This document shows positions 46,799 through 57,060 of a stretch of DNA of 64,000 nt, one piece after another. This DNA is from Myxococcota bacterium (lineage in GTDB: Bacteria; Myxococcota_A; UBA796; SXON01). The DNA is taken from positions 79,873-143,872 of the forward strand of contig JAZKFH010000023.1 in assembly GCA_040386535.1 (NCBI GenBank), in the 5' to 3' direction. The translations under genes and the position numbers were made by a program. The notes below the pieces were generated by a model. That model was given only the letters and a program-made list of their open reading frames with translations, searched no databases and was not told the origin of the DNA. Position 1 is the stretch's first letter; every line of letters starts with the position of its first letter.

Positions 46799-49654
46799 AT
46801 GCCGCACATCATCGGGATCGATCTGGGCACCACGAACACCGCGGTCGCCGTCTTGGAGAACGGCCGTCCGCGCGTGATCGAGGATGACCGGGGGTACAAG
46901 GTCCTGCCATCCGTCCTCTCGGCGAAGGGGGAAGGCCGATTCGTCGTCGGCCAGGCCGCCCACAACCTGATCCTGACGCGCCCGGACCGCACGGTCTACG
47001 CCGTGAAGCGGCTCATCGGGCGGCGGTTCGACTCGCCGGAGGTGCAGCGCGTCATCAAGCGCGTCGGGTACCTCATCCAGGAGGCGCCCGACGGGGGCGT
47101 CCAGGTGCAGGTGGGTGACACGTGGATGACACCGTCGGAAGTGGCCGCGGTGGTGCTCCAGGTGGCCCGTGGCATCGCGGAGAAGGCCCTCGGCGAGCCC
47201 GTGGAAGAAGCGGTGATCACCGTCCCCGCCCACTTCAACCATGCGCAACGCAAGGCGACGCTCGAGGCCGCTGCGATCGCGGGCCTGCGCTGCAATCGCA
47301 TCATCAACGAGCCCACCGCCGCGGCGCTCGCGTACGGGCACCGACGCAACGTCGAACGGACACTTGTCATCTTCGACCTCGGCGGTGGCACGTTCGACGT
47401 GAGCGTGCTCCGGTTGTCAGGCGGCCTCTACGAGATCCTCTCTACGAGCGGGGACACCTTCCTCGGCGGCGAGGACTTCGACTTCCGCGTGGTGGACTAC
47501 CTCGCGGATCAGCTGCGGACGCGCACCGGCGTGGACATCCGCGAGGACCGCGCCGCGCTCCAACGTGTCAAGGACGCCGCCGAGCGCGCCAAGTGTGAAC
47601 TCTCGTTCTCGGATCGCACCACGGTGATCGTGCCACACGTGGCCCCCGGACAGAACCTCGAGACAGCGCTGTCGCGCACCCAACTCGAGGAGCTGTGTCG
47701 TGGCATGGTCGAGCGTTGTGTCGAGATCGCCCGCGACGCCGTGTCCGAAGCGGGGCTGAGCATCTCCGACATCGACGAGGTCATCCTCGTGGGCGGCCAG
47801 ACCCGCATGCCGCTCGTGCGCGAAGCGGTGGCTGGGTTGTTCGGGCGCGAGCCCAGCCGGAGCGTGCACCCCGAGGAGGCCGTGGCAATCGGGGCCGCCG
47901 TCCACGCCGCCTCGCTCGGTGATGTCGAGGGCAGCCCGGTGGTCCTGCTCGACGTGACCCCCTTCGACCTGGGGATCGACGCGGCGGGCGGCATGTTCTC
48001 GCGGATCGTCCCGAAGAACGCGCGGATCCCGTGTACGGAGTCGCGTACGTTCGCGACGGTGCACGACAACCAGGAGACCGTCCGTGTCACCGTTCGGCAG
48101 GGCGAGAGCCGTGTCGCGGAGGAGAACGAGTTCCTTGGCGAGTTCTTGTTCGAGGGGCTCACGCCGGCACCGCGGATGCAGACCAAGGTCGGGGTCACGT
48201 TCCGCATCGACGCCAACGGCATGCTGCACGTCACCGCGATCGAGCCCACCTCGGGCGAGCGGCGCAACATCGGCATCCGGAGCTACTCGGAGCGCACCCG
48301 CTCGATCGTGCGGCCCACGCCGCCGCCCGGGGGGATCACGCCCGGCACGGCCGCGCCGACGTCCAAGGCGGCCACGCCCGGGGTGAAGAAGAAGGCGGGG
48401 TTCTTCGACCAGCTCTTCGGGGGCGGGGGCAAGAAGAAGGCGCCCGCCAAGCCTGCGGGAACGGCCGTCGCGTCCGGGGTGCCGTTGATCGAGCCGGCCA
48501 CGCTCGCGCCGCCTCCGGTGATCGCGTCGCTCCCGCTCCCTCCGACCCCGGTCGAGCCCGTCGAGGAGCTCGACGCGCTCCCGGAGGACGCCATCCTCGC
48601 GCCGGAGCCCCTCGACGAGCTCGAAGAGCTCGACGAACACTCCGCGTACGAGATGTCGGACGGCGCCCTGGAGGACGATCTGTACGAGCCGGCCACGGCC
48701 GCGAACTTCGGCCTCGCGGGCGCGCACCAGGTGGGCGCCGAGGGCCCGAGCGGGGATCCGTTCGCGGATCTCGGCGCGCCGCCGCCGCGCGCGCCGGCCC
48801 CGACCACCTGGGAGCTCCCGGAGAGCCTGGACGCCGATGACCTGTTCGGCGGCGCGGACGCGGCCGACCTCTTCGCCAGCTCCTTCGCGGAGGATGAGCA
48901 GGACCCGCCGACGGACCCGGGGCTGAGTTTCCCGGTCGCCGACCGCGCCGTCGCCGCGTCTGCACCCTCGGTTGCGGAGGCGCCGCTGGTGGGGCTCCAC
49001 TTCGAGAGCCTGCTCGATGCTCCTTCGGACCCGGTCGCCGAGGGAGACGACTTCGGCTTCGCGCTCGCCGACGCATTCGAGGAGGACACCTCCAACTTCG
49101 CGCCCCCGTCCGCGCCGAGCGAGCCCGCGTCGGACGACGATCTGTTCGGCTTCTCGTTCGCGGACCTCGCGCGGGACGAGGCGGCGGATCGCGAGCCCCC
49201 CTCGCCAGCGCCGGTGGCCGCCGCCCCCCGCGCGACCCCTCCGCGGGAGGCCGCCGGCCGCCGCCCGAACGACGACGCGACCGAGATCTTCCGGCGGCCC
49301 GTCCTCGATGACGACGGCTTCGCGTTCCCGATGCCCGACGACGACCGGGACGCGCGCCAGGCCGACGGGAAGAAGGGGCTGCGCAAACCCGCCCGCGTGA
49401 AGTTGCACTACCGCGAACGTGAGCTCATGGTGGCCGAGTACACGGAGAACCTCCGCCGGGGCGGCGCGCTCATCCGCACCGAGAAGCCGTTGGCCAGCGG
49501 GCGCGAATGCGTCTTCGAGATCAACGGGCCCGGCCTCGACCAGCCGCTCGTCATCCCCGCGAGCGTGTCGCGGGTCCTGGCCGACGGCATGGAGGTCGAG
49601 TATCGGCTGGACGAGGCCGAGCGTTCCGCGCTTCTCGCGCAGCTCGGGGCCTGA
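46799..49654 (+). CDS. Hsp70/DnaK-family protein with long acidic linker and C-terminal PilZ-like domain
   Basis: [45 protein letters not shown]; no helical lid; tail [10 protein letters not shown]...[12 protein letters not shown]. Confidence 0.88.
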   Translation: MPHIIGIDLGTTNTAVAVLENGRPRVIEDDRGYKVLPSVLSAKGEGRFVVGQAAHNLILTRPDRTVYAVKRLIGRRFDSPEVQRVIKRVGYLIQEAPDGGVQVQVGDTWMTPSEVAAVVLQVARGIAEKALGEPVEEAVITVPAHFNHAQRKATLEAAAIAGLRCNRIINEPTAAALAYGHRRNVERTLVIFDLGGGTFDVSVLRLSGGLYEILSTSGDTFLGGEDFDFRVVDYLADQLRTRTGVDIREDRAALQRVKDAAERAKCELSFSDRTTVIVPHVAPGQNLETALSRTQLEELCRGMVERCVEIARDAVSEAGLSISDIDEVILVGGQTRMPLVREAVAGLFGREPSRSVHPEEAVAIGAAVHAASLGDVEGSPVVLLDVTPFDLGIDAAGGMFSRIVPKNARIPCTESRTFATVHDNQETVRVTVRQGESRVAEENEFLGEFLFEGLTPAPRMQTKVGVTFRIDANGMLHVTAIEPTSGERRNIGIRSYSERTRSIVRPTPPPGGITPGTAAPTSKAATPGVKKKAGFFDQLFGGGGKKKAPAKPAGTAVASGVPLIEPATLAPPPVIASLPLPPTPVEPVEELDALPEDAILAPEPLDELEELDEHSAYEMSDGALEDDLYEPATAANFGLAGAHQVGAEGPSGDPFADLGAPPPRAPAPTTWELPESLDADDLFGGADAADLFASSFAEDEQDPPTDPGLSFPVADRAVAASAPSVAEAPLVGLHFESLLDAPSDPVAEGDDFGFALADAFEEDTSNFAPPSAPSEPASDDDLFGFSFADLARDEAADREPPSPAPVAAAPRATPPREAAGRRPNDDATEIFRRPVLDDDGFAFPMPDDDRDARQADGKKGLRKPARVKLHYRERELMVAEYTENLRRGGALIRTEKPLASGRECVFEINGPGLDQPLVIPASVSRVLADGMEVEYRLDEAERSALLAQLGA

Positions 49655-49697
49655 TCGGGCCGCCTCACGCGCCCGTGCACCGGGATAAGAGGGCCGG

Positions 49698-50513
49698 ATG
49701 TACGCCGACCCTGCGCCCGACGCGCCTCCGGACTCCGCCGTGACCCCTCCTCGCGACGACGACGCTACCTGTGATCGTCTCGCGGGAGACTGGCAGATCT
49801 GGCAGCTCCGCCGCGGACATCGCTTCTCCGCGGACGACATGTTGACCGCCTGGATGGCGGCCGGCGTCGCGCCGGGAGCGGTGGATCTGCTGGACCTCGG
49901 CGCGGGCATCGGGTCCGTCGGCTTGATGACCTTGTGGCGAATGGCGCCGGCGGCCCGGCTCCTGATGGTCGAGGCGCAGGAGGTCAGCCACGGCCTCGCG
50001 CGCCGGACCGTCGAGACGAACGCCCTCGAGGCCCGCGTGAGCCTGCGCCTGGGCGACCTGCGCGACCTCGACATCGTCACCGAGGCCGGCCGCTTCGATC
50101 TCGTGACCGGGAGCCCCCCCTACATCCCGCTCGGCAAGGGCGTGGTGTCCCCCGTGGCCCAGCGTGCGGCGTGCCGGATGGAGCTGCGCGGCAGCATCAT
50201 CGACTACGCGCAGACCGCGGCGCGCGCCATGCACCCCGACGGTTGGTTCGTCTCCTGTTTCGCCGCGGCCGATCCGCGGGGGGACGAGGCCTACGCCGCC
50301 GCCGGGCTGCACCTCCACGTGCGGCAGGAGGTCGTCTTCCGCGCCGGGCAGGCGCCGATGATCACGTTGTTCGCGGGCCGTCACATGGCCGGCCCCTGCG
50401 ATCGTCGCGAGCCGCTGCAGATCCGCGACTCGACGGGCCAGTGGACCGACGCCTACCTCGATCTACGCGAGCTCATGGGAACCATCGTCAAGCGCCCGCC
50501 GGTGGCGCCATGA
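49698..50513 (+). CDS. TrmN6/YfiC-like (tRNA A37 N6) methyltransferase
   Basis: GHRFSADD, LDLGAGIG, GSPPY, CRMELRG. Confidence 0.78.
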   Translation: MYADPAPDAPPDSAVTPPRDDDATCDRLAGDWQIWQLRRGHRFSADDMLTAWMAAGVAPGAVDLLDLGAGIGSVGLMTLWRMAPAARLLMVEAQEVSHGLARRTVETNALEARVSLRLGDLRDLDIVTEAGRFDLVTGSPPYIPLGKGVVSPVAQRAACRMELRGSIIDYAQTAARAMHPDGWFVSCFAAADPRGDEAYAAAGLHLHVRQEVVFRAGQAPMITLFAGRHMAGPCDRREPLQIRDSTGQWTDAYLDLRELMGTIVKRPPVAP

Positions 50514-50998
50514 TGTCCGCATTCTTCTCGGCGCTGTTCGGTCGTTGTCCATGCTGCGGCCGCGGCTCGCTTTACCAGTCGTTCATGAAGCTGAACGAGA
50601 CCTGCGCCGTCTGTCACGTCCGCTTCGAGCGCTGGAGCGGGAGCTGGACCATCCCGACGGTCATGGGCTACGCGTCGGGCGCCATCTTCGCCATCGTGCT
50701 CGGCTACATCTTCCACCGGACGGGGCGCCTCGAGGGATCCGAGAACATCATCATCCCGGCGACCGTGGCGTTCACGTGCCTGTTCTACCCGGTGTGCAAG
50801 AACCTGAGCATGTTCATGCTCTTCCAGAACGGCTTCATCTTCGTCGATCCGCCCACCCTGGTGCGCGACGATCCCGCGGACCCGGTCGGCGCGCCTCCCT
50901 TCGAGCCTCCTCCGCAACGGGAGGACGATCCGACCCTTTCCGAGGACCGGCTTCCCCAGGAGGACGATCCGACGGACGGGGGCGGGCGAGCCGCGTAA
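50510..50998 (+). CDS. DUF983-like Zn-ribbon membrane protein
   Basis: RCPCCGRGSLY...CAVC..RFER, two TMs; ATGA-coupled. Confidence 0.75.
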   Translation: MMSAFFSALFGRCPCCGRGSLYQSFMKLNETCAVCHVRFERWSGSWTIPTVMGYASGAIFAIVLGYIFHRTGRLEGSENIIIPATVAFTCLFYPVCKNLSMFMLFQNGFIFVDPPTLVRDDPADPVGAPPFEPPPQREDDPTLSEDRLPQEDDPTDGGGRAA

Positions 50999-51007
50999 GC
51001 TGCGCGG

Positions 51008-52342
51008 ATGTCCCCCCGCTTCCTCGTCCTTGGCGGCGGTCCGGCCGGCGCCACCACCGCGGCGGTGCTCGCCCAGCACGGCGCCCGGGTCACCCTGGTC
51101 GAGCGCGCGCGCATGCCGCGCCACCACGTCGGAGAATCGCTCCAGCCCGCGTCGATCGCGCTGCTCGAGCGCCACCTGGGGCTGGGCGCCGCGATCCATG
51201 CCATGGGCTTTCCGCGCAAGTACGGCGCCGCCTACGTCTGGGGGGAGACACGGACCCCGTGGACCGTGTTGTTCGACCCAAAACTCGAGACCGACCTCCC
51301 CACGTTGACCGAGGCCGCGCTGCTGGCGGGCCCCTACGAGCACGCCTACAACGTCGAGCGCGCGCCGTTCGATCATCTCCTCCTGCAAGAGGCGGCGCGT
51401 CGTGGCGCCGAGGTGCGCGAGGAGGTCGAGGCTGTCGGCATCCTGGAGGAGGAGGGGCGGGTCGTCGGGGCGCGGCTGCTGGCGAACGGACGGCACGAGG
51501 AGGTCCGCGCGGACTTCGTCGTCGACGCGTCGGGCCAGCGATGCCTCGTCGGCCGGCACTTCGGCCTCACCCGCAATGTTCCCGACCTGCAGGCCACGGC
51601 GACCTACACGTGGTTCGACGGTGCGGGCGGCTTTCCCGGGCCGCTCGGGCGCCATGTCCAATGGATCGAAACGGTGCCCGATGGGTGGATCTGGTTCATC
51701 CCCATCGGCCCCGACCGCACCAGCGTCGGCGTCGTGACGAGGGATCGATCGCGGATGGACGAGGCCCGCTTCGACAACATCCTCGCGAGCTCCGGCCTGC
51801 CGCTCGCTGGCGCCCGCGCGGTCCCGAGCGGGGAGGGGACCGGCCGCCTCCGCTTCGTCCGGGACTGGTCGTTCACGCACGCCCGGCTCGCGGGAGACGG
51901 CTGGATGCTGGTGGGGGACGCCGCCGCGTTCGTCGATCCCATCCTCTCCGGCGGGGTCGACTTCGCGATCCGCGGCGGGTGCCAGGCCGCGCTCGCGCTG
52001 CTCCGGGCGTACGGGGACGAGGGCGCCGATCGGGCCGAGCTCCTCGCCGCATACGACGCCGACGTGGCAAAGGACTACAAGGCCTACCTCCGACTGGCCC
52101 GCTACTGGTACGGAAACAACCGCTCGGTCGACGGCTTCTTCTGGGAGGCCCATCGCGAGATCCCACCCCACGCCGTCTCCACGCCCTACCGTGCATTCGT
52201 GTACCTCACGACGGGTCAGCTGGCGGCGGACCGCCACCTCCGCGTGTTCCAGGACTGGCAGGAGCGGAAGATGTTCCGCGCGTTGGGCGTCGACGCGGAG
52301 GCGGTCCGGCGCGCGGCGCGATCCGCGCGTGGAGAGGGCTGA
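51008..52342 (+). CDS. Flavin-dependent halogenase-family protein
   Basis: GGGPAG, PRHHVGESL, FPRKYG, GWIWFIP (WxWxIP), GDAAAFVDPILSGG. Confidence 0.82.
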   Translation: MSPRFLVLGGGPAGATTAAVLAQHGARVTLVERARMPRHHVGESLQPASIALLERHLGLGAAIHAMGFPRKYGAAYVWGETRTPWTVLFDPKLETDLPTLTEAALLAGPYEHAYNVERAPFDHLLLQEAARRGAEVREEVEAVGILEEEGRVVGARLLANGRHEEVRADFVVDASGQRCLVGRHFGLTRNVPDLQATATYTWFDGAGGFPGPLGRHVQWIETVPDGWIWFIPIGPDRTSVGVVTRDRSRMDEARFDNILASSGLPLAGARAVPSGEGTGRLRFVRDWSFTHARLAGDGWMLVGDAAAFVDPILSGGVDFAIRGGCQAALALLRAYGDEGADRAELLAAYDADVAKDYKAYLRLARYWYGNNRSVDGFFWEAHREIPPHAVSTPYRAFVYLTTGQLAADRHLRVFQDWQERKMFRALGVDAEAVRRAARSARGEG

Positions 52343-52414
52343 TCGGGGCGTCCCGTCGCCACATCAGACGCGCCCGAGCTTTCCTGCGCCTGCGACGGAC
52401 CCTACATTGCCGTC

Positions 52415-53050
52415 GTGACGAGCGCGGCCGACTTCCTGCCCTCCCGTGTGACCCTGGAGACGTTGCGTGAGGCGGGGGAGGGGTGCCGCGGCTGTGAGCT
52501 CTGGGCCTGCGCGACGCGCGTGGTGTTCGGGGAGGGCCCGCCCGACGCGCAGGTGATGCTTGTGGGAGAGCAGCCCGGCAACGAAGAGGACTTGACCGGG
52601 CGCCCGTTCGTCGGCCCCGCTGGCCGCCTCCTCGACCGCGCGCTCGCGGAGGTGGGGTTGGACCGCTCGGAGGTCTACGTCACGAACGCCGTGAAGCACT
52701 TCCGGTCGGAGCCGCGCGGCAAACGCCGCATCCACAAGAAGCCGGGCGACGAGCACGTAGAGGCATGCCTGCCCTGGCTGGAAGCCGAGATCGGGGTCGT
52801 GCGCCCCACGATGCTCGTCTGCCTCGGCGCCACCGCCGCCAAGGCGCTGCTGGGCGTCGCGTTCCGGGTGAGCCGCCAGAGGGGCACCTTCGTGCCCTCG
52901 CCCCTCGCGCCCAACGTGCTCGCCACGGTGCACCCCTCCTCGATCCTCCGCGCCCCCGACGACACCGCGCGTCGCGAAGCCTACGTGCACTTCGTCCACG
53001 ATCTCGGGCAGGTCGCCGAGCGGCTGAGGAGCCTCGTCGAGGTGGGGTAG
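52415..53050 (+). CDS. udgX: UdgX-type family 4 uracil-DNA binding/glycosylase
   Basis: CRGCEL, GEQPG, PFVGPAG, TNAVKHF, RGKRRIHKKP R-loop, HPSSIL. Confidence 0.9.
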   Translation: MTSAADFLPSRVTLETLREAGEGCRGCELWACATRVVFGEGPPDAQVMLVGEQPGNEEDLTGRPFVGPAGRLLDRALAEVGLDRSEVYVTNAVKHFRSEPRGKRRIHKKPGDEHVEACLPWLEAEIGVVRPTMLVCLGATAAKALLGVAFRVSRQRGTFVPSPLAPNVLATVHPSSILRAPDDTARREAYVHFVHDLGQVAERLRSLVEVG

Positions 53051-53119
53051 GCGCGTAGCGTCCGGGGCGCGACAGGACGGCAACCCAAGGATAGATTCCG
53101 CGGTCCCGAGGATGGCGCC

Positions 53120-54811
53120 TTGTACTACGACAACCCCTACGATCGTGGCGTCGTCTGGGAGCGGCTCGGCGCGGAGCCCTTCGATCTCGTGGTCATCGGC
53201 GGCGGGGCGATCGGCGCCGCCTCCGCACGGGACGCGGCGCTGCGCGGGCTCAAGGTCGCCCTGATCGACACGGACGACATCGCGTCGGGCACCTCGTCCC
53301 GCTCGTCCAAGCTCATCCACGGCGGCCTGCGGTACCTCGAACAGGGTGATCTCTCCCTGGTGTTCGAGTCGGTGAGCGAGCGCCGCACGATGATGAACAT
53401 CGCGCCCCATCTCGTGCGTCCGCTCGGTTTCCTGTTCCCCATCTACGCCTCCGATCCCGTGCGCCTCGCGACGCTCCGTCTCGGCCTCATCGTGTACGAG
53501 GGGCTCGCGTTGTTCCGCTCCCCCAAGCGCCACAAGACGTTGTCCGCCGCCGAGGTGGGCGAGGAGGTCCCGCTCCTCCGCAAGACCGGCCTCCACGGCG
53601 GCCCGCTCTACTGGGACTGCATGACGGACGACGCGCGGCTCACCCTCGAAACCGTGCTCGACGCGCGCCAGGCGGGCGCGGCGGTGCTCACGTACGGGCG
53701 TGCGGAGCTCCGCCGCGGAGAGGACGGGCGCATCACCGGTGTCCGGGTGATCGACCTGGCCGACCGGAGCGGCGCGCCTCGCACGGTCGACATCCGCGCC
53801 TCCGCCGTCATCAACGCGACCGGCCCGTGGTCGGACTCCGTCCGCTCGTCGCCCACGCAGCAGAGCCACCAGCTCCGCCTGACGAAGGGCGTGCACATCG
53901 TCCTCCCCGCGGCCCGGCTCCCGCTCGAGCACACCGTCGTCTGCTTCCATCCCAAGGATCAACGCGTGATGTTCGTGATCCCGTGGGGGGATCAGGTCTA
54001 CGTCGGCACGACCGACACCGACTACGAAGGGGACCCGCGGGACGTCGCCGCCGACGCCGCGGACATCGACTACCTGCTCCAGGCGATCGACGCCTACTTC
54101 CCCGACGTGCACATCCGCCCCGACGAGATCACCGCCACGTGGGCGGGCCTGCGCCCGCTCATCCGGGCCGAGGGAGTGTCGCCCTCCCAGGTGTCGCGCG
54201 AACACGTCATCACGACGGACGCGGACGGCCTCGTCAGCATCGCCGGTGGCAAGCTCACCACCGCGCGGCGCATGGGCGCCGAGGTCGTCGAGGAGGCCGT
54301 CGAGTGGATGAAGAAGTCGGGGCACCCGCCGGCGACGCTCCGCCCCGTCAACACCGCCCAGCTCCCGCTCCCGGGCGCGGTCGGTTGGCCCGCGGAGGAC
54401 GACGGGACCGAGGTTGCCCAAAAGGTGCTCGCCGCCGCCGACGGCCGGCTCGAGCTGGCGACCTGCCGCTACCTCGCCGATCGTTACGGCACGCTCTCCG
54501 TCGATCTGGTGCGGGAGTCGGCCCACGATCAGCGGCTCTTCCAGCCCATCATCGCCGGTCGTCCCGAGATCCTCGGCCAGATCGACTGGGCCGTGCGCTA
54601 CGAGATGGCGCTGACCGTCACCGACTTCATGGCGCGGCGCACGCAGCTCTTCTTCCGCGACGCAGACCAGGGGCTCGGCGCCCTCACGGTCGTGTCCGAG
54701 CGGATGGCCGAGCTGCTCGGATGGTCGGACGAGCAGCGCCGCCACTCGGCGAACGCTTACCGGAACGAGGTGGCGCGTAGTCGCCAGTGGAAGACCGGGC
54801 CGGCGGCTTAG
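53120..54811 (+). CDS. glpD: FAD-dependent glycerol-3-phosphate dehydrogenase
   Basis: GTSSRSSKLIHGGLRYL, DDARL, NATGPW, KGVHI, GTTD, WAGLRPL, SREH, GGKLTT. Confidence 0.93.
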   Translation: MYYDNPYDRGVVWERLGAEPFDLVVIGGGAIGAASARDAALRGLKVALIDTDDIASGTSSRSSKLIHGGLRYLEQGDLSLVFESVSERRTMMNIAPHLVRPLGFLFPIYASDPVRLATLRLGLIVYEGLALFRSPKRHKTLSAAEVGEEVPLLRKTGLHGGPLYWDCMTDDARLTLETVLDARQAGAAVLTYGRAELRRGEDGRITGVRVIDLADRSGAPRTVDIRASAVINATGPWSDSVRSSPTQQSHQLRLTKGVHIVLPAARLPLEHTVVCFHPKDQRVMFVIPWGDQVYVGTTDTDYEGDPRDVAADAADIDYLLQAIDAYFPDVHIRPDEITATWAGLRPLIRAEGVSPSQVSREHVITTDADGLVSIAGGKLTTARRMGAEVVEEAVEWMKKSGHPPATLRPVNTAQLPLPGAVGWPAEDDGTEVAQKVLAAADGRLELATCRYLADRYGTLSVDLVRESAHDQRLFQPIIAGRPEILGQIDWAVRYEMALTVTDFMARRTQLFFRDADQGLGALTVVSERMAELLGWSDEQRRHSANAYRNEVARSRQWKTGPAA

Positions 54812-54820
54812 CCCGCCGAT

Positions 54821-56071
54821 CTAGGAGCGGCGGCGGCGGGCGAGCAGGGCGGCGAGGACGAGCACGGCCGCACCCGTCGGCGCGGTGCCGGTCGACGAGC
54901 AACCAGCCGCGGCACGGGCATGCGCCGGGGGGATGGGCGCCGCCTGCTCGTTCTCCACCACGACCGTCTCGGCGGTACAGCTCGGCGAGGGCTCCCACTC
55001 GGGATCGGGCTCGGTGAGCGGGGGTGTCCACGTCAGGTCGAGCTCCGCGCGAAGATCCCCGAGCGTGGCCGTGATCGTCGTGGCCTGGGGGCCGCTGACC
55101 GTTGAAGGGTCCCGGCAGGCGTCGTAGAGGAAGGCGTACTCCTGCGCGGTTCCGTAGGCGTCGGTCGTCGTGGTCACGTCGATGGGGCCGCTCTCCCAGA
55201 CGACAGGAGCCCCGAAGAGCAGGTTCCCATCGCCATCACGGACCACCGCGCGCGCCGCGTACGGGATCGTGAAGGAGGGGGCCTCGCGGGCCGGGAGGTA
55301 GAAGTGCACGATCTCCAAGGAGGCGGCCGCCGAGACGGGGACGCTGAGGACCTCCGCCAACGGAAAGGAGGCGCCGCCGGCGAATAGGGTGAGTCCGGCG
55401 CGCGTACCGAGCCACGGCGTGACCTCGACAACGCCCGGTGCGCGCACGGCGACGTTCGGCAACGCGCCGGCCTGCCACCCAGGCGTGTAGGACCCTCCGC
55501 TCCAGGCCACCTCCTCGCCCGTTTCGCGCGTACGGAGGCGCGCGTTCAGCGCGTAGGTCTCTCCCGCCACGATCCGCCACGGCTCGCCTTCCACGTGTCG
55601 CCAATCGCCCGGGATTTCCCCGACGAGGCCCCCCTCCTCCTGGGCCCGCTCCGCGTAGTCCTCGTAGATCATCGGCGTGTAGGCCTCAACGTCCGCGGCC
55701 GCGACCACGTCGAGCGTCACGTGGTCCTCGACCGCGACCCACCCGAGGTCCTGCGCCTGGCACGACGTGGGGGTGAACGTCCACTCGACCGCCCCCGGCT
55801 CGGTGAACGTGAGGCACTGGCCGTCATCCACGACCGGCCCGGTGAGCGAGTCCGTGAAACAGGCCGTGATGTCGCCGCCTCCCTCGGGGAAGTCGTCGGC
55901 GATCGAGGTGAAGGAGGGACACAGCTGGGTCTGCGCGAGGAACGGGCCACCGCCCTCGATGCCGACCACGTCCGCGTCACTCACGAGCATCTGGCCTTGC
56001 TGGGTCTCGAAGCCCGAATTGCAGGCGGCCAGGAGGGCGAGGGGAAGAAACACGGGGGAGGGGTGTTGCAT
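54821..56071 (-). CDS. Cys-containing surface protein with lipobox and MYXO-CTERM-like tail
   Basis: LALLAAC at the N-terminus; GCSS...AAVLVLAALLARRRRS at the C-terminus. Confidence 0.72.
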   Translation of the reverse strand: MQHPSPVFLPLALLAACNSGFETQQGQMLVSDADVVGIEGGGPFLAQTQLCPSFTSIADDFPEGGGDITACFTDSLTGPVVDDGQCLTFTEPGAVEWTFTPTSCQAQDLGWVAVEDHVTLDVVAAADVEAYTPMIYEDYAERAQEEGGLVGEIPGDWRHVEGEPWRIVAGETYALNARLRTRETGEEVAWSGGSYTPGWQAGALPNVAVRAPGVVEVTPWLGTRAGLTLFAGGASFPLAEVLSVPVSAAASLEIVHFYLPAREAPSFTIPYAARAVVRDGDGNLLFGAPVVWESGPIDVTTTTDAYGTAQEYAFLYDACRDPSTVSGPQATTITATLGDLRAELDLTWTPPLTEPDPEWEPSPSCTAETVVVENEQAAPIPPAHARAAAGCSSTGTAPTGAAVLVLAALLARRRRS

Positions 56072-56150
56072 GCCATGACCGGATGCAAGATGCGTGCAAC
56101 CCAGGATTCGCAGGGATCCGGCGGGCTGGACGCCCAGCAATCGGGACTTC

Positions 56151-57023
56151 TCAGTCCTGCCGATCGCCGACGAAGTCCACCGTCTCACACACCGGCAGCC
56201 ATCCGCCCTCGGCCCCGCGGCGCAGCAGCTCGCGGATCCCCTCGCGCCCGTCCGCGCCGTAGTCCAGCGTGTCCGCGTTCGCGTAGAGCGACAGGTACAG
56301 GTCGACAGCCTCGCGGGTCTTGAGCGTGCCGCCCCGCGCGAGCAACCAATCGATCGCCTCCTCCCGGTGCGCGAGCCCGTGGGCGATGCTCGCCCGCATC
56401 ACGCGATCGGCCCGCGCGATCACGTCGGCGCCGAGGTCGCGACGGATCACGTTGCCGCCGAGGGGGAGGGGGAGGGAGGTCTTCACGAACCACCAGTCGC
56501 CGATGTCGAGCAGCTGCACGAAGCCCTCGGCGGCGTAGGTGAGCCGCCCCTCGTGGATGATCAGCGCGGCTTCGACCTCGTCGGCGCGCAGGGCGTCGAA
56601 CTGCAGGGAGGTGGGCGCGATGGGGATGACGATGGGGTCGAACCGCGTGATCATGCGCAGCACGAGGCATGCGGTCGTCGTCAGGCCGGGAACGGCGATG
56701 CGACGCCCTTCGAGGAGCGCGCTCATCTTCTGCTCGCCGGCGGTCGCGAGCATCGCCGGCTTCGCGACGACCACGGGCCCGTAGCCCCGCCCGACGCTGC
56801 CGCCGTGCGCGAGCAGCTGGTAGTTCGAGGCGACGATCGGGTAGTGCGCGATGGAGATCGCGGTCACGTCGGGCCCGCTGCCGTCGGCCATGCGGTTCAG
56901 CTTGTCCGTGTCGACGGAGACGACCTCGAACGTGAGGCCCTCCGTGTCGATCAGCCCCTCGGTGATCGCCCGGAACATGAACAGATCGTCGGCGTCGGGA
57001 GAGATGGCGCAGCGCAGCTTCAC
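56151..57023 (-). CDS. mqnD: 1,4-dihydroxy-6-naphthoate synthase (futalosine pathway)
   Basis: SPDADDLFMF, GRGYGP, PGLTTTA, IIHEG, LPLPLGG. Confidence 0.9.
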   Translation of the reverse strand: MKLRCAISPDADDLFMFRAITEGLIDTEGLTFEVVSVDTDKLNRMADGSGPDVTAISIAHYPIVASNYQLLAHGGSVGRGYGPVVVAKPAMLATAGEQKMSALLEGRRIAVPGLTTTACLVLRMITRFDPIVIPIAPTSLQFDALRADEVEAALIIHEGRLTYAAEGFVQLLDIGDWWFVKTSLPLPLGGNVIRRDLGADVIARADRVMRASIAHGLAHREEAIDWLLARGGTLKTREAVDLYLSLYANADTLDYGADGREGIRELLRRGAEGGWLPVCETVDFVGDRQD

Positions 57024-57060
57024 GGAGCCTCCGGCTTCGGGGCCCCTCCCTATCGCGCTG

